A DNA stretch of 32,000 nucleotides from Leptolyngbya sp. O-77 (GTDB taxonomy: Bacteria > Cyanobacteriota > Cyanobacteriia > Elainellales > Elainellaceae), in assembly GCF_001548395.1 (NCBI RefSeq), contig NZ_AP017367.1, forward strand, positions 4,859,775-4,891,774. Direction: 5' to 3'. A model generated the notes under the pieces. The model worked only from the letters and a program-made list of their open reading frames with translations, was not told the origin of the DNA and searched no databases. This document shows positions 8,299-16,002 of this stretch, piece after piece. The stretch's first letter is position 1. Each line of letters opens with the position of its first letter. The position numbers were made by a program, and so were the translations under genes.

Positions 8299-9738
8299 AT
8301 GAGCGACCAGCACATTCACGACCAGGGCAAGGGCTATCAGGTTGAAGTGAAAGGCGGCACAGCCTACATCGGCGACAACAAAATCTATCAACCGCTGCCA
8401 CCGCCCTCGCCTACCGGAATTCCTAGCAATCTGCCGCAGTATCCCAGTAAAACCTTTCGGGGGCGCGAGGACGACTGGGCCAAGCTGCACGACGCCTTGC
8501 AGCAGACGGAGCGAGTTGCGATCACTGCGCTGCACGGGATGGGCGGCGTGGGCAAAACGGAGCTGGCGCTGCAATATGCCACGGCAAAGCTGCGGGAGGG
8601 CGCGTATCCCGGTGGCGTGTGCTGGCTGGGGGCGCGAGAGCAAGAGATCGGCACGCAGATTACGCAATACTTTCAGGCGCAACTGGGATTGCAACTGCCG
8701 GAAGAGCTGGATGACCTGGCCGCGCAGGTGGGCTATTGCTGGCGGCACTGGCGCGAGGGCGAGGTGCTGGTGGTGGTGGACGACGTGGCCTATCAGCGGG
8801 TGGCGGAATACGAGAAAACGATCAAGCCCTACCTGCCCACCGACCCGCGCTTTCGGGTGGTGGTGACGACGCGCCAAGACCTGGGAGCCAGCTTTCGTCG
8901 GGTGCCGCTGGGCGTGCTGGCGGAAGGCGCGGCGCTGGACGTGCTGCGAGATTTGGCGGGAGCCAGCCGCATCGATAGCCAGATCGCTGACGCAAAGCGG
9001 CTCTGTGAATGGCTGGGCTATTTGCCGCTGGGGCTGGAGCTGGTGGGGCGATATTTGGCAAACAAGCCAGATTTGGCGCTGGCGGAACTGTTGCAGCGGC
9101 TGGATCGCCAAAAGCTGGCGGCGCGGGCGCTGAACAGACCAGAAGAGGTGATGACCGCCACCCACGAGAGCGTAGCCGCCGCCTTTGAACTAAGCTGGAA
9201 CGACCTGACGGCAGCGCAGCGGCAACTGGGAGAACGGCTGAGCCTGTTTGCGCTGGCCCCGATTCCCTGGGCACTGGTGGAAGCGATGCAGTCCGAAGCG
9301 GAGACCGAAGACCTGGAAGATGATTGCAGCACGCTGGTAAACCGCAACCTGCTGAACCGCGTGGGCGAGGGCAGCTACCAACTGCACAGCCTGATTCGCG
9401 AGTTTTTTGCGGCAAAGCGAGAGCAAGATGCTGATGCCAACACGCTGAAGCAAGCTCATTGCGCGGTGCTTGTGCAAATTGCCAAAGCGATTCCCTGGAC
9501 AGCCCCACAGGCAACCTATTTGGACGTTGCTCCGGTTGTGCCGCATCTGGTGGAAGTGGTGAATCACCACATGCAGGCGGTCAGCGATGAGGCGGTGCTT
9601 TCCCCTGCCAACGGGTTGGCAATGTTCTACTACGGACAGGGCTTGTATGCCGAAGGCGTGCGCTGGGCGGAGCAATGCAAGGAACAGGTGGAAAGCACGC
9701 CTGGGGCGCAGACCATCCCGACACGGCGAGTAGTTTGA
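8299..9738 (+). CDS. NB-ARC (STAND) NTPase module of an NLR-like protein; the reading frame breaks at about 9700 before the TPR array
   Basis: Walker A GMGGVGKT (8536-8559), Walker B VLVVVDDV, RVVVTTR, and the GLPLA-like LGYLPLGLELVG. The ATG at 8299 places the shared motif at aa 7-35. Confidence 0.85.
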   Translation: MSDQHIHDQGKGYQVEVKGGTAYIGDNKIYQPLPPPSPTGIPSNLPQYPSKTFRGREDDWAKLHDALQQTERVAITALHGMGGVGKTELALQYATAKLREGAYPGGVCWLGAREQEIGTQITQYFQAQLGLQLPEELDDLAAQVGYCWRHWREGEVLVVVDDVAYQRVAEYEKTIKPYLPTDPRFRVVVTTRQDLGASFRRVPLGVLAEGAALDVLRDLAGASRIDSQIADAKRLCEWLGYLPLGLELVGRYLANKPDLALAELLQRLDRQKLAARALNRPEEVMTATHESVAAAFELSWNDLTAAQRQLGERLSLFALAPIPWALVEAMQSEAETEDLEDDCSTLVNRNLLNRVGEGSYQLHSLIREFFAAKREQDADANTLKQAHCAVLVQIAKAIPWTAPQATYLDVAPVVPHLVEVVNHHMQAVSDEAVLSPANGLAMFYYGQGLYAEGVRWAEQCKEQVESTPGAQTIPTRRVV

Positions 9739-11624
9739 ACAATTTGGCGGGGTTGTATCACTCAATGGGACGCTACAGTGAGGCGGAACCGTTGTATCGG
9801 CGATCGCTCGCCATCCGCGAAGCGCAGCTCGGCGCAGACCATCCCGCCACGGCGAGTAGTTTGAACGCTTTGGCGGGGTTGTATTGCTCAATGGGTCGCT
9901 ACAGTGAGGCGGAACCGTTGTATCGGCGATCGCTCGCCATCTACGAAGCGCAGCTCGGCGCAGACCATCCCGCCACGGCGAGTAGTTTGAACAATTTGGC
10001 GGGGTTGTATTACTCAATGGGTCGCTACAGTGAGGCGGAACCGTTGTATCGGCGATCGCTCGCCATCCGCGAAGCGCAGCTCGGCGCAGACCATCCCGAC
10101 ACGGCGAGTAGTTTGAACAATTTGGCGGGGTTGTATCGCTCAATGGGACGCTACAGTGAGGCGGAACCGTTGTATGGGCGATCGCTCGCCATCCACGAAG
10201 CGCAGCTCGGCGCAGACCATCCCGACACGGCGATGAGTTTGCACAATTTGGCGGGGTTGTATTACTCAATGGGACGCTACAGTGAGGCGGAACCGTTGTT
10301 GGTGCGATCGCTCGCCATCCGCGAAGCGCAGCTCGGCGCAGACCATCCCGCCACGGCGAGTAGTTTGCACAATTTGGCGGGGTTGTATTACTCAATGGGA
10401 CGCTACAGTGAGGCGGAACCGTTGTTGGTGCGATCGCTCGCCATCCACGAAGCGCAGCTCGGCGCAGACCATCCCGCCACGGCGAGTAGTTTGAACAATT
10501 TGGCGGCGTTGTATGACTCAATGGGACGCTACGGTGAGGCGGAACCGTTGTTTCGGCGATCGCTCGCCATCCGCGAAGCGCAGCTCGGCGCAGACCATCC
10601 CGACACGGCGACGAGTTTGCACAATTTGGCGGCGTTGTATGAATCAATGGGACGCTACAGTGAGGCGGAACCGTTGTATCGGCGATCGCTCGCCATCCGC
10701 GAAGCGCAGCTCGGCGCAGACCATCCCGACACGGCGAGGAGTTTGAACAATTTGGCGGGGTTGTATGAATCAATGGGACGCTACAGTGAGGCGGAACCGT
10801 TGTATGGGCGATCGCTCGCCATCTGCGAAGCGCAGCTCGGCGCAGACCATCCCGACACGGCGAGGAGTTTGAACAATTTGGCGGGGTTGTATGAATCAAT
10901 GGGACGCTACAGTGAGGCGGAACCGTTGTATGGGCGATCGCTCGCCATCCGCGAAGCGCAGCTCGGCGCAGACCATCCCGACACGGCGAGTAGTTTGAAC
11001 AATTTGGCGGGGTTGTATCGCTCAATGGGACGCTACAGTGAGGCGGAACCGTTGTATGGGCGATCGCTCGCCATCCGCGAAGCGCAGCTCGGCGCAGACC
11101 ATCCCGACACGGCGAGTAGTTTGAACAATTTGGCGGCGTTGTATCGCTCAATGGGTCGCTACAGTGAGGCGGAACCGTTGTATGGGCGATCGCTCGCCAT
11201 CCACGAAGCGCAGCTCGGCGCAGACCATCCCGCCACGGCGAGTAGTTTGAACAATTTGGCGGGGTTGTATGAATCAATGGGTCGCTACAGTGAGGCGGAA
11301 CCGTTGTATGGGCGATCGCTCGCCATCTGCGAAGCGCAGCTCGGCGCAGACCATCCCGACACGGCGAGTAGTTTGAACAATTTGGCTCTGTTGTATTACT
11401 CAATGGGACGCTACAGTGAGGCGGAACCGTTGTATTTGAGGGCGCTGCCGATTTTATTCAGCCGCCTGGGGCAAGACCATCCCACCGCTCAAACGGTAAG
11501 GAAAAACTTTGAGGAGCTTGTAAAGTTAGCAGTGCAGGCGAGGCGGGCGGGCGAGTTGTCTGACCATCCGCTGACGCAGGCGCTGATTCAGCAGATTCCA
11601 GGCGGAGAAGAAATAGAGCGGTAG
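9675..11624 (+). CDS. TPR (TPR_10/12, kinesin-light-chain-like) sensor array. It is almost certainly the C-terminal continuation of 8299-9738 in another frame.
   Basis: 14 units of a 42-aa repeat (GADHPDTASSLNNLAGLYxSMGRYSEAEPLYxRSLAIxEAQL) plus a degenerate cap. Confidence 0.85.
   Translation: MQGTGGKHAWGADHPDTASSLNNLAGLYHSMGRYSEAEPLYRRSLAIREAQLGADHPATASSLNALAGLYCSMGRYSEAEPLYRRSLAIYEAQLGADHPATASSLNNLAGLYYSMGRYSEAEPLYRRSLAIREAQLGADHPDTASSLNNLAGLYRSMGRYSEAEPLYGRSLAIHEAQLGADHPDTAMSLHNLAGLYYSMGRYSEAEPLLVRSLAIREAQLGADHPATASSLHNLAGLYYSMGRYSEAEPLLVRSLAIHEAQLGADHPATASSLNNLAALYDSMGRYGEAEPLFRRSLAIREAQLGADHPDTATSLHNLAALYESMGRYSEAEPLYRRSLAIREAQLGADHPDTARSLNNLAGLYESMGRYSEAEPLYGRSLAICEAQLGADHPDTARSLNNLAGLYESMGRYSEAEPLYGRSLAIREAQLGADHPDTASSLNNLAGLYRSMGRYSEAEPLYGRSLAIREAQLGADHPDTASSLNNLAALYRSMGRYSEAEPLYGRSLAIHEAQLGADHPATASSLNNLAGLYESMGRYSEAEPLYGRSLAICEAQLGADHPDTASSLNNLALLYYSMGRYSEAEPLYLRALPILFSRLGQDHPTAQTVRKNFEELVKLAVQARRAGELSDHPLTQALIQQIPGGEEIER
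9705..11468 (+). repeat. 14 tandem 126-bp units (intragenic), near-identical at the nucleotide level
   Basis: Units start at 9705 + 126n. The units at 10083 and 10965 differ by 1 nt in the stretch I compared. Each unit contains a HIP1 site. Confidence 0.95.
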
Positions 11625-11639
11625 GGCGCAATTTTCCTG

Positions 11640-12011
11640 TTAGGCTTCTGAAGTCAACCCAGCCAGCACTCGATATTCCGGCGGGATAAGTCCTTGCACA
11701 ATATCCTGCTGCGGAATGCCCAACGTGATTAATTCCGCTTCAATTTCAACCTCAGTTTGATTGCGCTGAATCCAGACCTTTCCCTCGCGGATGTCCAGAT
11801 GCATCAACACCCAATACACCCGCTCTTGCCCGCGCCATCCCTGACTGAGGATTAAATAGCGATCGCGCTTCGGGTCAAAAATAGGCTGACTCTCAATCCC
11901 GCTGCCATCATCTTCGCTGCTTTGACTCAACAAAAACTGCATCACAATCTGACGATAGCGCTCAATCCCTGACAACCCATCTTGGGAAATATTCACCAGT
12001 TCTACAGCCAT
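11640..12011 (-). CDS. xisI: XisI family protein
   Basis: Has the XisI-like core YLILSQGWRGQERVY...GKVWIQRNQTEVEI. It overlaps the xisH stop by 10 nt. Confidence 0.85.
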   Translation of the reverse strand: MAVELVNISQDGLSGIERYRQIVMQFLLSQSSEDDGSGIESQPIFDPKRDRYLILSQGWRGQERVYWVLMHLDIREGKVWIQRNQTEVEIEAELITLGIPQQDIVQGLIPPEYRVLAGLTSEA

Positions 12012-12424
12012 TGCAAAACCTCCTGACGAATGGGGTCGTATACCATTAACGACAAACCATTTTCCTGAACGAGACGTTTTGGAAACGGACGTTGAAAAAA
12101 GTCAGCATACGCGGCAAGCGGAATCGCTAGGTAGAGCTGGCGATCGGGTTCCAACTCTGACAGCGCTAAACGATAGGCAATAAACTGTCCCAACGCAGCA
12201 TGGAGTTCATTGGTTGGCGAAGATGAAATAAAACTCTTCACTTCAACCGCAATTTTCTCCGTATCCCGCTCGGCAGCCAAAACTCCGTCAGCTAAGGCTT
12301 CAGCCCCAAAATCAACTTCTAGCTTCACGCCCCCGATTTCCAGCTTGAGCGGGTCATGGGTTATCTTCCAGCCTGCCTTGATCAAAGCAGCTTTGACTTG
12401 CGAGTAGAAGCGATCTCTAGCCAT
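12002..12424 (-). CDS. xisH: XisH family protein
   Basis: MARDRFYSQVKAALIKAGWKITHDP...KIAVEVKSF...ALGQFIAYR matches the XisH pattern. Start taken at 12424. Confidence 0.85.
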   Translation of the reverse strand: MARDRFYSQVKAALIKAGWKITHDPLKLEIGGVKLEVDFGAEALADGVLAAERDTEKIAVEVKSFISSSPTNELHAALGQFIAYRLALSELEPDRQLYLAIPLAAYADFFQRPFPKRLVQENGLSLMVYDPIRQEVLQWL

Positions 12425-12495
12425 GCCTCTGCGAGCTGATGCCACCCTTTCATCATAATTCTATGAGACAGGGGTATTACACGGTCGCGGTTAGG

Positions 12496-12732
12496 CTAGC
12501 GCCACAGCCATTTGGTCAACACGCTCATCCACTGGCGCGTGGCGGGTTCCACTTGCAGCTTGCTCCATTCGCCCGCCTGCGCGAACCCCAGCCGATGCAG
12601 CGTGTGGATGATCAGCAGCACCGCCCAGCGCGAGCCAACGACCATAATTTTCACAGGTTCCCGCTCAGGGTTCACCGGGGGCGCAGCGGGAGCTTGGGAC
12701 TCAGCCCCGTTTGAGAAAAATTCTTTAGCCAT
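12496..12732 (-). CDS. Small conserved hypothetical protein (78 aa) with the motif IIHTLHRLGFAQAGEWS
   Basis: Clean ORF divergent from an HTH gene. A frameshifted paralogue lies at 25713-25944. Confidence 0.6.
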   Translation of the reverse strand: MAKEFFSNGAESQAPAAPPVNPEREPVKIMVVGSRWAVLLIIHTLHRLGFAQAGEWSKLQVEPATRQWMSVLTKWLWR

Positions 12733-12749
12733 TGTTTTCGCTTAATGTG

Positions 12750-12801
12750 GTCTAGAAAGACAACATTAAATTTATCAGATGTAGTCTACATAGACAACAT
12801 T
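12750..12801. promoter_or_regulatory. Two direct copies of an 18-bp site (GTCTAGAAAGACAACATT / GTCTACATAGACAACATT) in a divergent promoter region
   Basis: Read directly. The second copy contains the perfect palindrome GTCTA-CA-TAGAC. The copies start 34 bp apart. Confidence 0.45.
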
Positions 12802-12834
12802 TACGACTCACCCATCCTCTGACAGGATTGGGGC

Positions 12835-13083
12835 ATGGGACGGGCAAACCAAGCACTAAAGCAAGTTCTAGAAACCTATCGCATCAGCCAAAATCGACTT
12901 GCCGTGATGCTGGGAATCGATCGCTCTGCGGTGTTTAAGTGGGTGCGCGACCAGCGAGAACCCAGCTCCGAGACCATTGCTGAAATTACCAAAGCGCTGA
13001 AGCAGTTGAATCCCGACGCAGCGCGGGACTTTGTGCAGCTTTACTTGGGCGACATTTTGGAGGACGATGCGGGCGAGGAATGA
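12835..13083 (+). CDS. XRE-like helix-turn-helix transcriptional regulator (82 aa)
   Basis: ISQNRLAVMLGIDRSAVFKWVRDQREPS is a typical HTH_3-type segment. Confidence 0.7.
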   Translation: MGRANQALKQVLETYRISQNRLAVMLGIDRSAVFKWVRDQREPSSETIAEITKALKQLNPDAARDFVQLYLGDILEDDAGEE

Positions 13084-13303
13084 GGAATAACCGTCAATCA
13101 ATTTGCGTAAATGTCCGACAAAGCAGCGCGATCGCTATTTCTAGCTAATTACATTTCTAGCTAATTACATTTCATCAAAATAGAATCAAAGTTCAGATCT
13201 GCAAGGCTAACGCCAACGCCCCTGCGCCAAATTCCCTCATCTAGCGATCGCCTATACTGAAGGCACTGCTTTGGATGCGAACTCGTGACGGGGAGGGGGT
13301 TTG

Positions 13304-13891
13304 ATGGCGATCGCAACGCAAAAACTGACCTTTGAGGAGTACCTGACCTACAGCGATGGCACTGATACCCGCTATGAACTGGTCGATGGAGAACTGGTGC
13401 CCATGAGTCTGGGAACTGGCAAACATGGGGCAATCATCCGGTTTATTGTGCAGCAATTTGAAGGCGCACTGGCGCAATCCGGACAGCCCTGGGTGGCGTT
13501 GCCTGCTCTGGTGGGGGTTCGTTCTCCACGAGGGCGCAACTGGGACACGTCTCGCATTCCCGATGTCACAGTTTTAACGCTGGCTCAGTGGGAAGCGATG
13601 GGCGACCGCGAAGCGGTGATTAACCTAAATGAATCGCCTCCCCTTTTGGTGGTTGAGGTTGTCAGTCCCTCTACCAAAATGGATGACTACCGCTCGAAAC
13701 GGGCTGAGTATGGATTGCTAGACATCCCTGAATATTGGATCGTAGACCCGCTAGATGAAAAAGTTACGATCTGTCTTCTGGAGCATCATTTCTACGACGC
13801 GGCGGAATACCAAGGAAATGATTTGATTCAATCGCCTACCTTTCCAGAGCTTCGCCTCACTGCCGCTCAAATCCTTGCAGGCAAGCGGTAG
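13304..13891 (+). CDS. Uma2 (DUF820) family putative endonuclease
   Basis: YELVDGELVPM, IPDVTVL and LLVVEVVSPST are Uma2 motifs. The ATG at 13304 is preceded by GGAGGGGG. Confidence 0.8.
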   Translation: MAIATQKLTFEEYLTYSDGTDTRYELVDGELVPMSLGTGKHGAIIRFIVQQFEGALAQSGQPWVALPALVGVRSPRGRNWDTSRIPDVTVLTLAQWEAMGDREAVINLNESPPLLVVEVVSPSTKMDDYRSKRAEYGLLDIPEYWIVDPLDEKVTICLLEHHFYDAAEYQGNDLIQSPTFPELRLTAAQILAGKR

Positions 13892-13894
13892 GCT

Positions 13895-13943
13895 CCAAAG
13901 TCCACAATCCAAAGTCCCCAATCCAAAATCCAAAATCGCCAAC
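13895..13943. repeat. Heptamer (STRR-like) repeats CCAAAGT/CCACAAT/CCCCAAT/CCAAAAT
   Basis: Seven consecutive heptads between the convergent genes. They are the complement of the 7171-7200 family. Confidence 0.7.
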
Positions 13944-13944
13944 T

Positions 13945-14364
13945 CTACCGCTCTCCTTGCTCTGCCAAATACCGCTCGCCCCACTCGTGCATGACTGCCA
14001 GGATCGGCTCCAGGCTTTGACCCAGGGGCGTTAGGGAATATTCCACCCTGGGCGGCACCTGCTGATAGACCTCGCGATGCACGATGCCGTCGTCTTCCAT
14101 CTCGCGCAGTTGCTGCGTCAGCATCTTTTGGGTAATGCCCGTGAGCGACCGATGCAGTTCGTTAAACCGCTTCACGCCGCCGAGCAGTTCCCGCAAGATC
14201 AGCACCTTCCAGCGGCCGCCGATGATGGCGATGGTGGTTTCTACCGCGCAGCTTGGGCGCTCCAAAACGGTGGGCGATGGGGCAGGTTGAAGGGTTTTGG
14301 GGTCAGCGTTGTGGAGTGACATTGCCTGACTAGGTTCCAATGTAGGGATATCTTTTATAGTCAT
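13945..14364 (-). CDS. HxlR family winged-helix transcriptional regulator
   Basis: [24 protein letters not shown]...[24 protein letters not shown]...VEYSLTPLG is the HxlR signature. Confidence 0.85.
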   Translation of the reverse strand: MTIKDIPTLEPSQAMSLHNADPKTLQPAPSPTVLERPSCAVETTIAIIGGRWKVLILRELLGGVKRFNELHRSLTGITQKMLTQQLREMEDDGIVHREVYQQVPPRVEYSLTPLGQSLEPILAVMHEWGERYLAEQGER

Positions 14365-14391
14365 ACCTTCAGCCTCTGACAGTTTCCTTTT

Positions 14392-14424
14392 GGGAAGTAC
14401 CTTACCAAAAAGTGCATACTTCCC
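14392..14424. promoter_or_regulatory. Inverted repeat GGGAAGTA-N17-TACTTCCC in the hxlR/CDGSH divergent region (candidate operator)
   Basis: Perfect 8-bp arms read directly. The function is inferred from position only. Confidence 0.35.
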
Positions 14425-14588
14425 AAACTCATTGTATCTACTATAAACTCAAAGTAGTTCCGAGTACGACTTTGATTTAAACCACTCAACACTTTGATTC
14501 AAGTCTGCTCGAACGTTTCGCAAGCACTTTGAGAACACGCGAGCGCTGACTGGCACGCCAGTTGACTCGTACACAGAGGAGAACACCA

Positions 14589-14828
14589 ATGAGCGAACCC
14601 GTGATTGCAGATACGAAACCCGTGGTGATGGAGCTAGAACCGGGCACCTACTACTGGTGTCGCTGTGGGCGATCGCAAGGGCAGCCGTTTTGCGACGGTT
14701 CCTATGAGGGCACAGACTTTACGCCCCTCGCCTTTGAAGTGACCGAAACCCAGAAAGTGGCCCTCTGCCTCTGCAAGCATACGGGCAGCGAACCCTTCTG
14801 TGACGGGTCGCACACCAAGCTCAAGTGA
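14589..14828 (+). CDS. CDGSH iron-sulfur domain protein
   Basis: Two CDGSH-type motifs (CRCGRSQGQPFCDGSY, CLCKHTGSEPFCDGSH). GAGGAG lies upstream of the ATG at 14589. Confidence 0.85.
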   Translation: MSEPVIADTKPVVMELEPGTYYWCRCGRSQGQPFCDGSYEGTDFTPLAFEVTETQKVALCLCKHTGSEPFCDGSHTKLK

Positions 14829-14910
14829 TGGCTTGATGGCGTGATGGCGTGACGGGATTTTGGAGCAACTTCATCCCATCCCCCCATCCCCCTTACTCAT
14901 TCATCCCTGA

Positions 14911-14944
14911 TCCTTCCTTCTTCGTTCTTCGTTCTTCTTTCTTC
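14911..14944. repeat. Third copy of the CT heptad repeat family, immediately upstream of the pirin start
   Basis: Sequence tccttccttcttcgttcttcgttcttctttcttc. Confidence 0.7.
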
Positions 14945-14957
14945 AAGGAGCCTCTCC

Positions 14958-15656
14958 ATGATTACTGTCCGTCCGTCTGAAGAACGCGGTCACGCTAACC
15001 ACGGCTGGCTGGATAGCTACCATACGTTTTCCTTTGCCAACTACTATGATCCTGACCACATGGGCTTTCGCGCCCTGCGCGTGATCAACGAAGACCGGGT
15101 TGCGCCGGGTCGCGGCTTTGGCACGCATCCGCACCGCGACATGGAAATTATTTCCTACGTGCTGTCGGGGTCGCTAGCGCACAAAGACAGCATGGGCAAC
15201 GCCGCCACGATTGGCGCGGGCGAAGTGCAAAAAATTACGGCGGGTACGGGCATTGCCCACAGCGAGTTTAACCCGTCGCAAACGGAAGGCGTGCATTTTC
15301 TGCAAATCTGGATTTTGCCAGAGGAAGCAGGATTAACGCCCAATTACGAAGAGAAGGTGTTTCCTCCTGAGGCCAAGCGGGGGCAGTGGCGACGCATTGC
15401 CAGCCGCACGGGGGCCGATGGCGCGGTGCAAATTCATCAGGATGTGGAACTGTATGCAACGGTGCTGAAGGCCGGTGAAGGGCGATCGCTCGAATTGCGT
15501 CTTGGCCGATATGCCTGGGTGCAGGTGGCGCAGGGCAAAATCAGCCTCAACGGAGTGTCGCTGGAAGCGGGCGACGGCGCAGCCATCAGCGACGAAACGC
15601 TGCTGGAGGTGCAAGCTGTCAGCGATGCGGAAGTGCTGCTGTTTGACCTGGCGTAG
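14958..15656 (+). CDS. Pirin family protein (YhhW-like cupin)
   Basis: The N-terminal RGHANHGWLDSYHTFSF and the metal site GFGTHPHRDMEIISYVLSG. Confidence 0.9.
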   Translation: MITVRPSEERGHANHGWLDSYHTFSFANYYDPDHMGFRALRVINEDRVAPGRGFGTHPHRDMEIISYVLSGSLAHKDSMGNAATIGAGEVQKITAGTGIAHSEFNPSQTEGVHFLQIWILPEEAGLTPNYEEKVFPPEAKRGQWRRIASRTGADGAVQIHQDVELYATVLKAGEGRSLELRLGRYAWVQVAQGKISLNGVSLEAGDGAAISDETLLEVQAVSDAEVLLFDLA

Positions 15657-15786
15657 GTTTAGGGGAGTGGGAGATCGCATCGACTCGATCTCCCGCCTGT
15701 CTCTTCCCTGCTGCTGCCGATCTGCGAAATTGCCCTTGACCCAGCAGATTGGCCAGGTGAACCGTGATTTCTGGGAAACGAGCGTC

Positions 15787-15821
15787 GGGCGATCGCCATC
15801 CATTAAGGCGATCGCCCTTTT
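15787..15821 (+). terminator. HIP1-based hairpin GGGCGATCGCC-N9-GGCGATCGCCC followed by TTTT
   Basis: 11-bp perfect stem with a T run, about 130 nt downstream of the pirin stop. Confidence 0.4.
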
Positions 15822-16002
15822 CTGCAAGCACCCGCACCTGGGCGATCGCCCTTTGCCCCATTTGATCACGCTCTCACTGTTACACTTGGGGCAGCCAACA
15901 CCCGATTTTCAGCGCATCTAGCGCACCGTCTCGTACCATTTGGCATTGTCTATCAGATGCTTCCGGTAACTAACCATTTCAAATCTTGGAGGTAAGCCTG
16001 TC

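Noticed and set aside
9190-11403. 737-aa ORF on the minus strand across the TPR array
   Set aside because: It is the antisense translation of a 126-bp repeat that happens to lack stops. Its 'protein' is itself a perfect 42-aa repeat with no start context, and the plus strand has clear TPR and NB-ARC signatures.
14826-14860. TGATGGC-type short repeats after the CDGSH stop
   Set aside because: There are only three or four imperfect copies (tgatggcttgatggcgtgatggcgtgacgg). That is too short and degenerate to treat as a feature beyond the general heptamer-repeat tendency.
15333-15921. ORFs 15333-15869 (-), 15475-15921 (+) and 15619-15861 (-) in and after the pirin gene
   Set aside because: They have no recognisable motifs, partly run antisense to pirin, and show composition-driven Arg/Cys-rich sequence. 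The region 15657-16002 is better described as intergenic, with HIP1-based hairpins.
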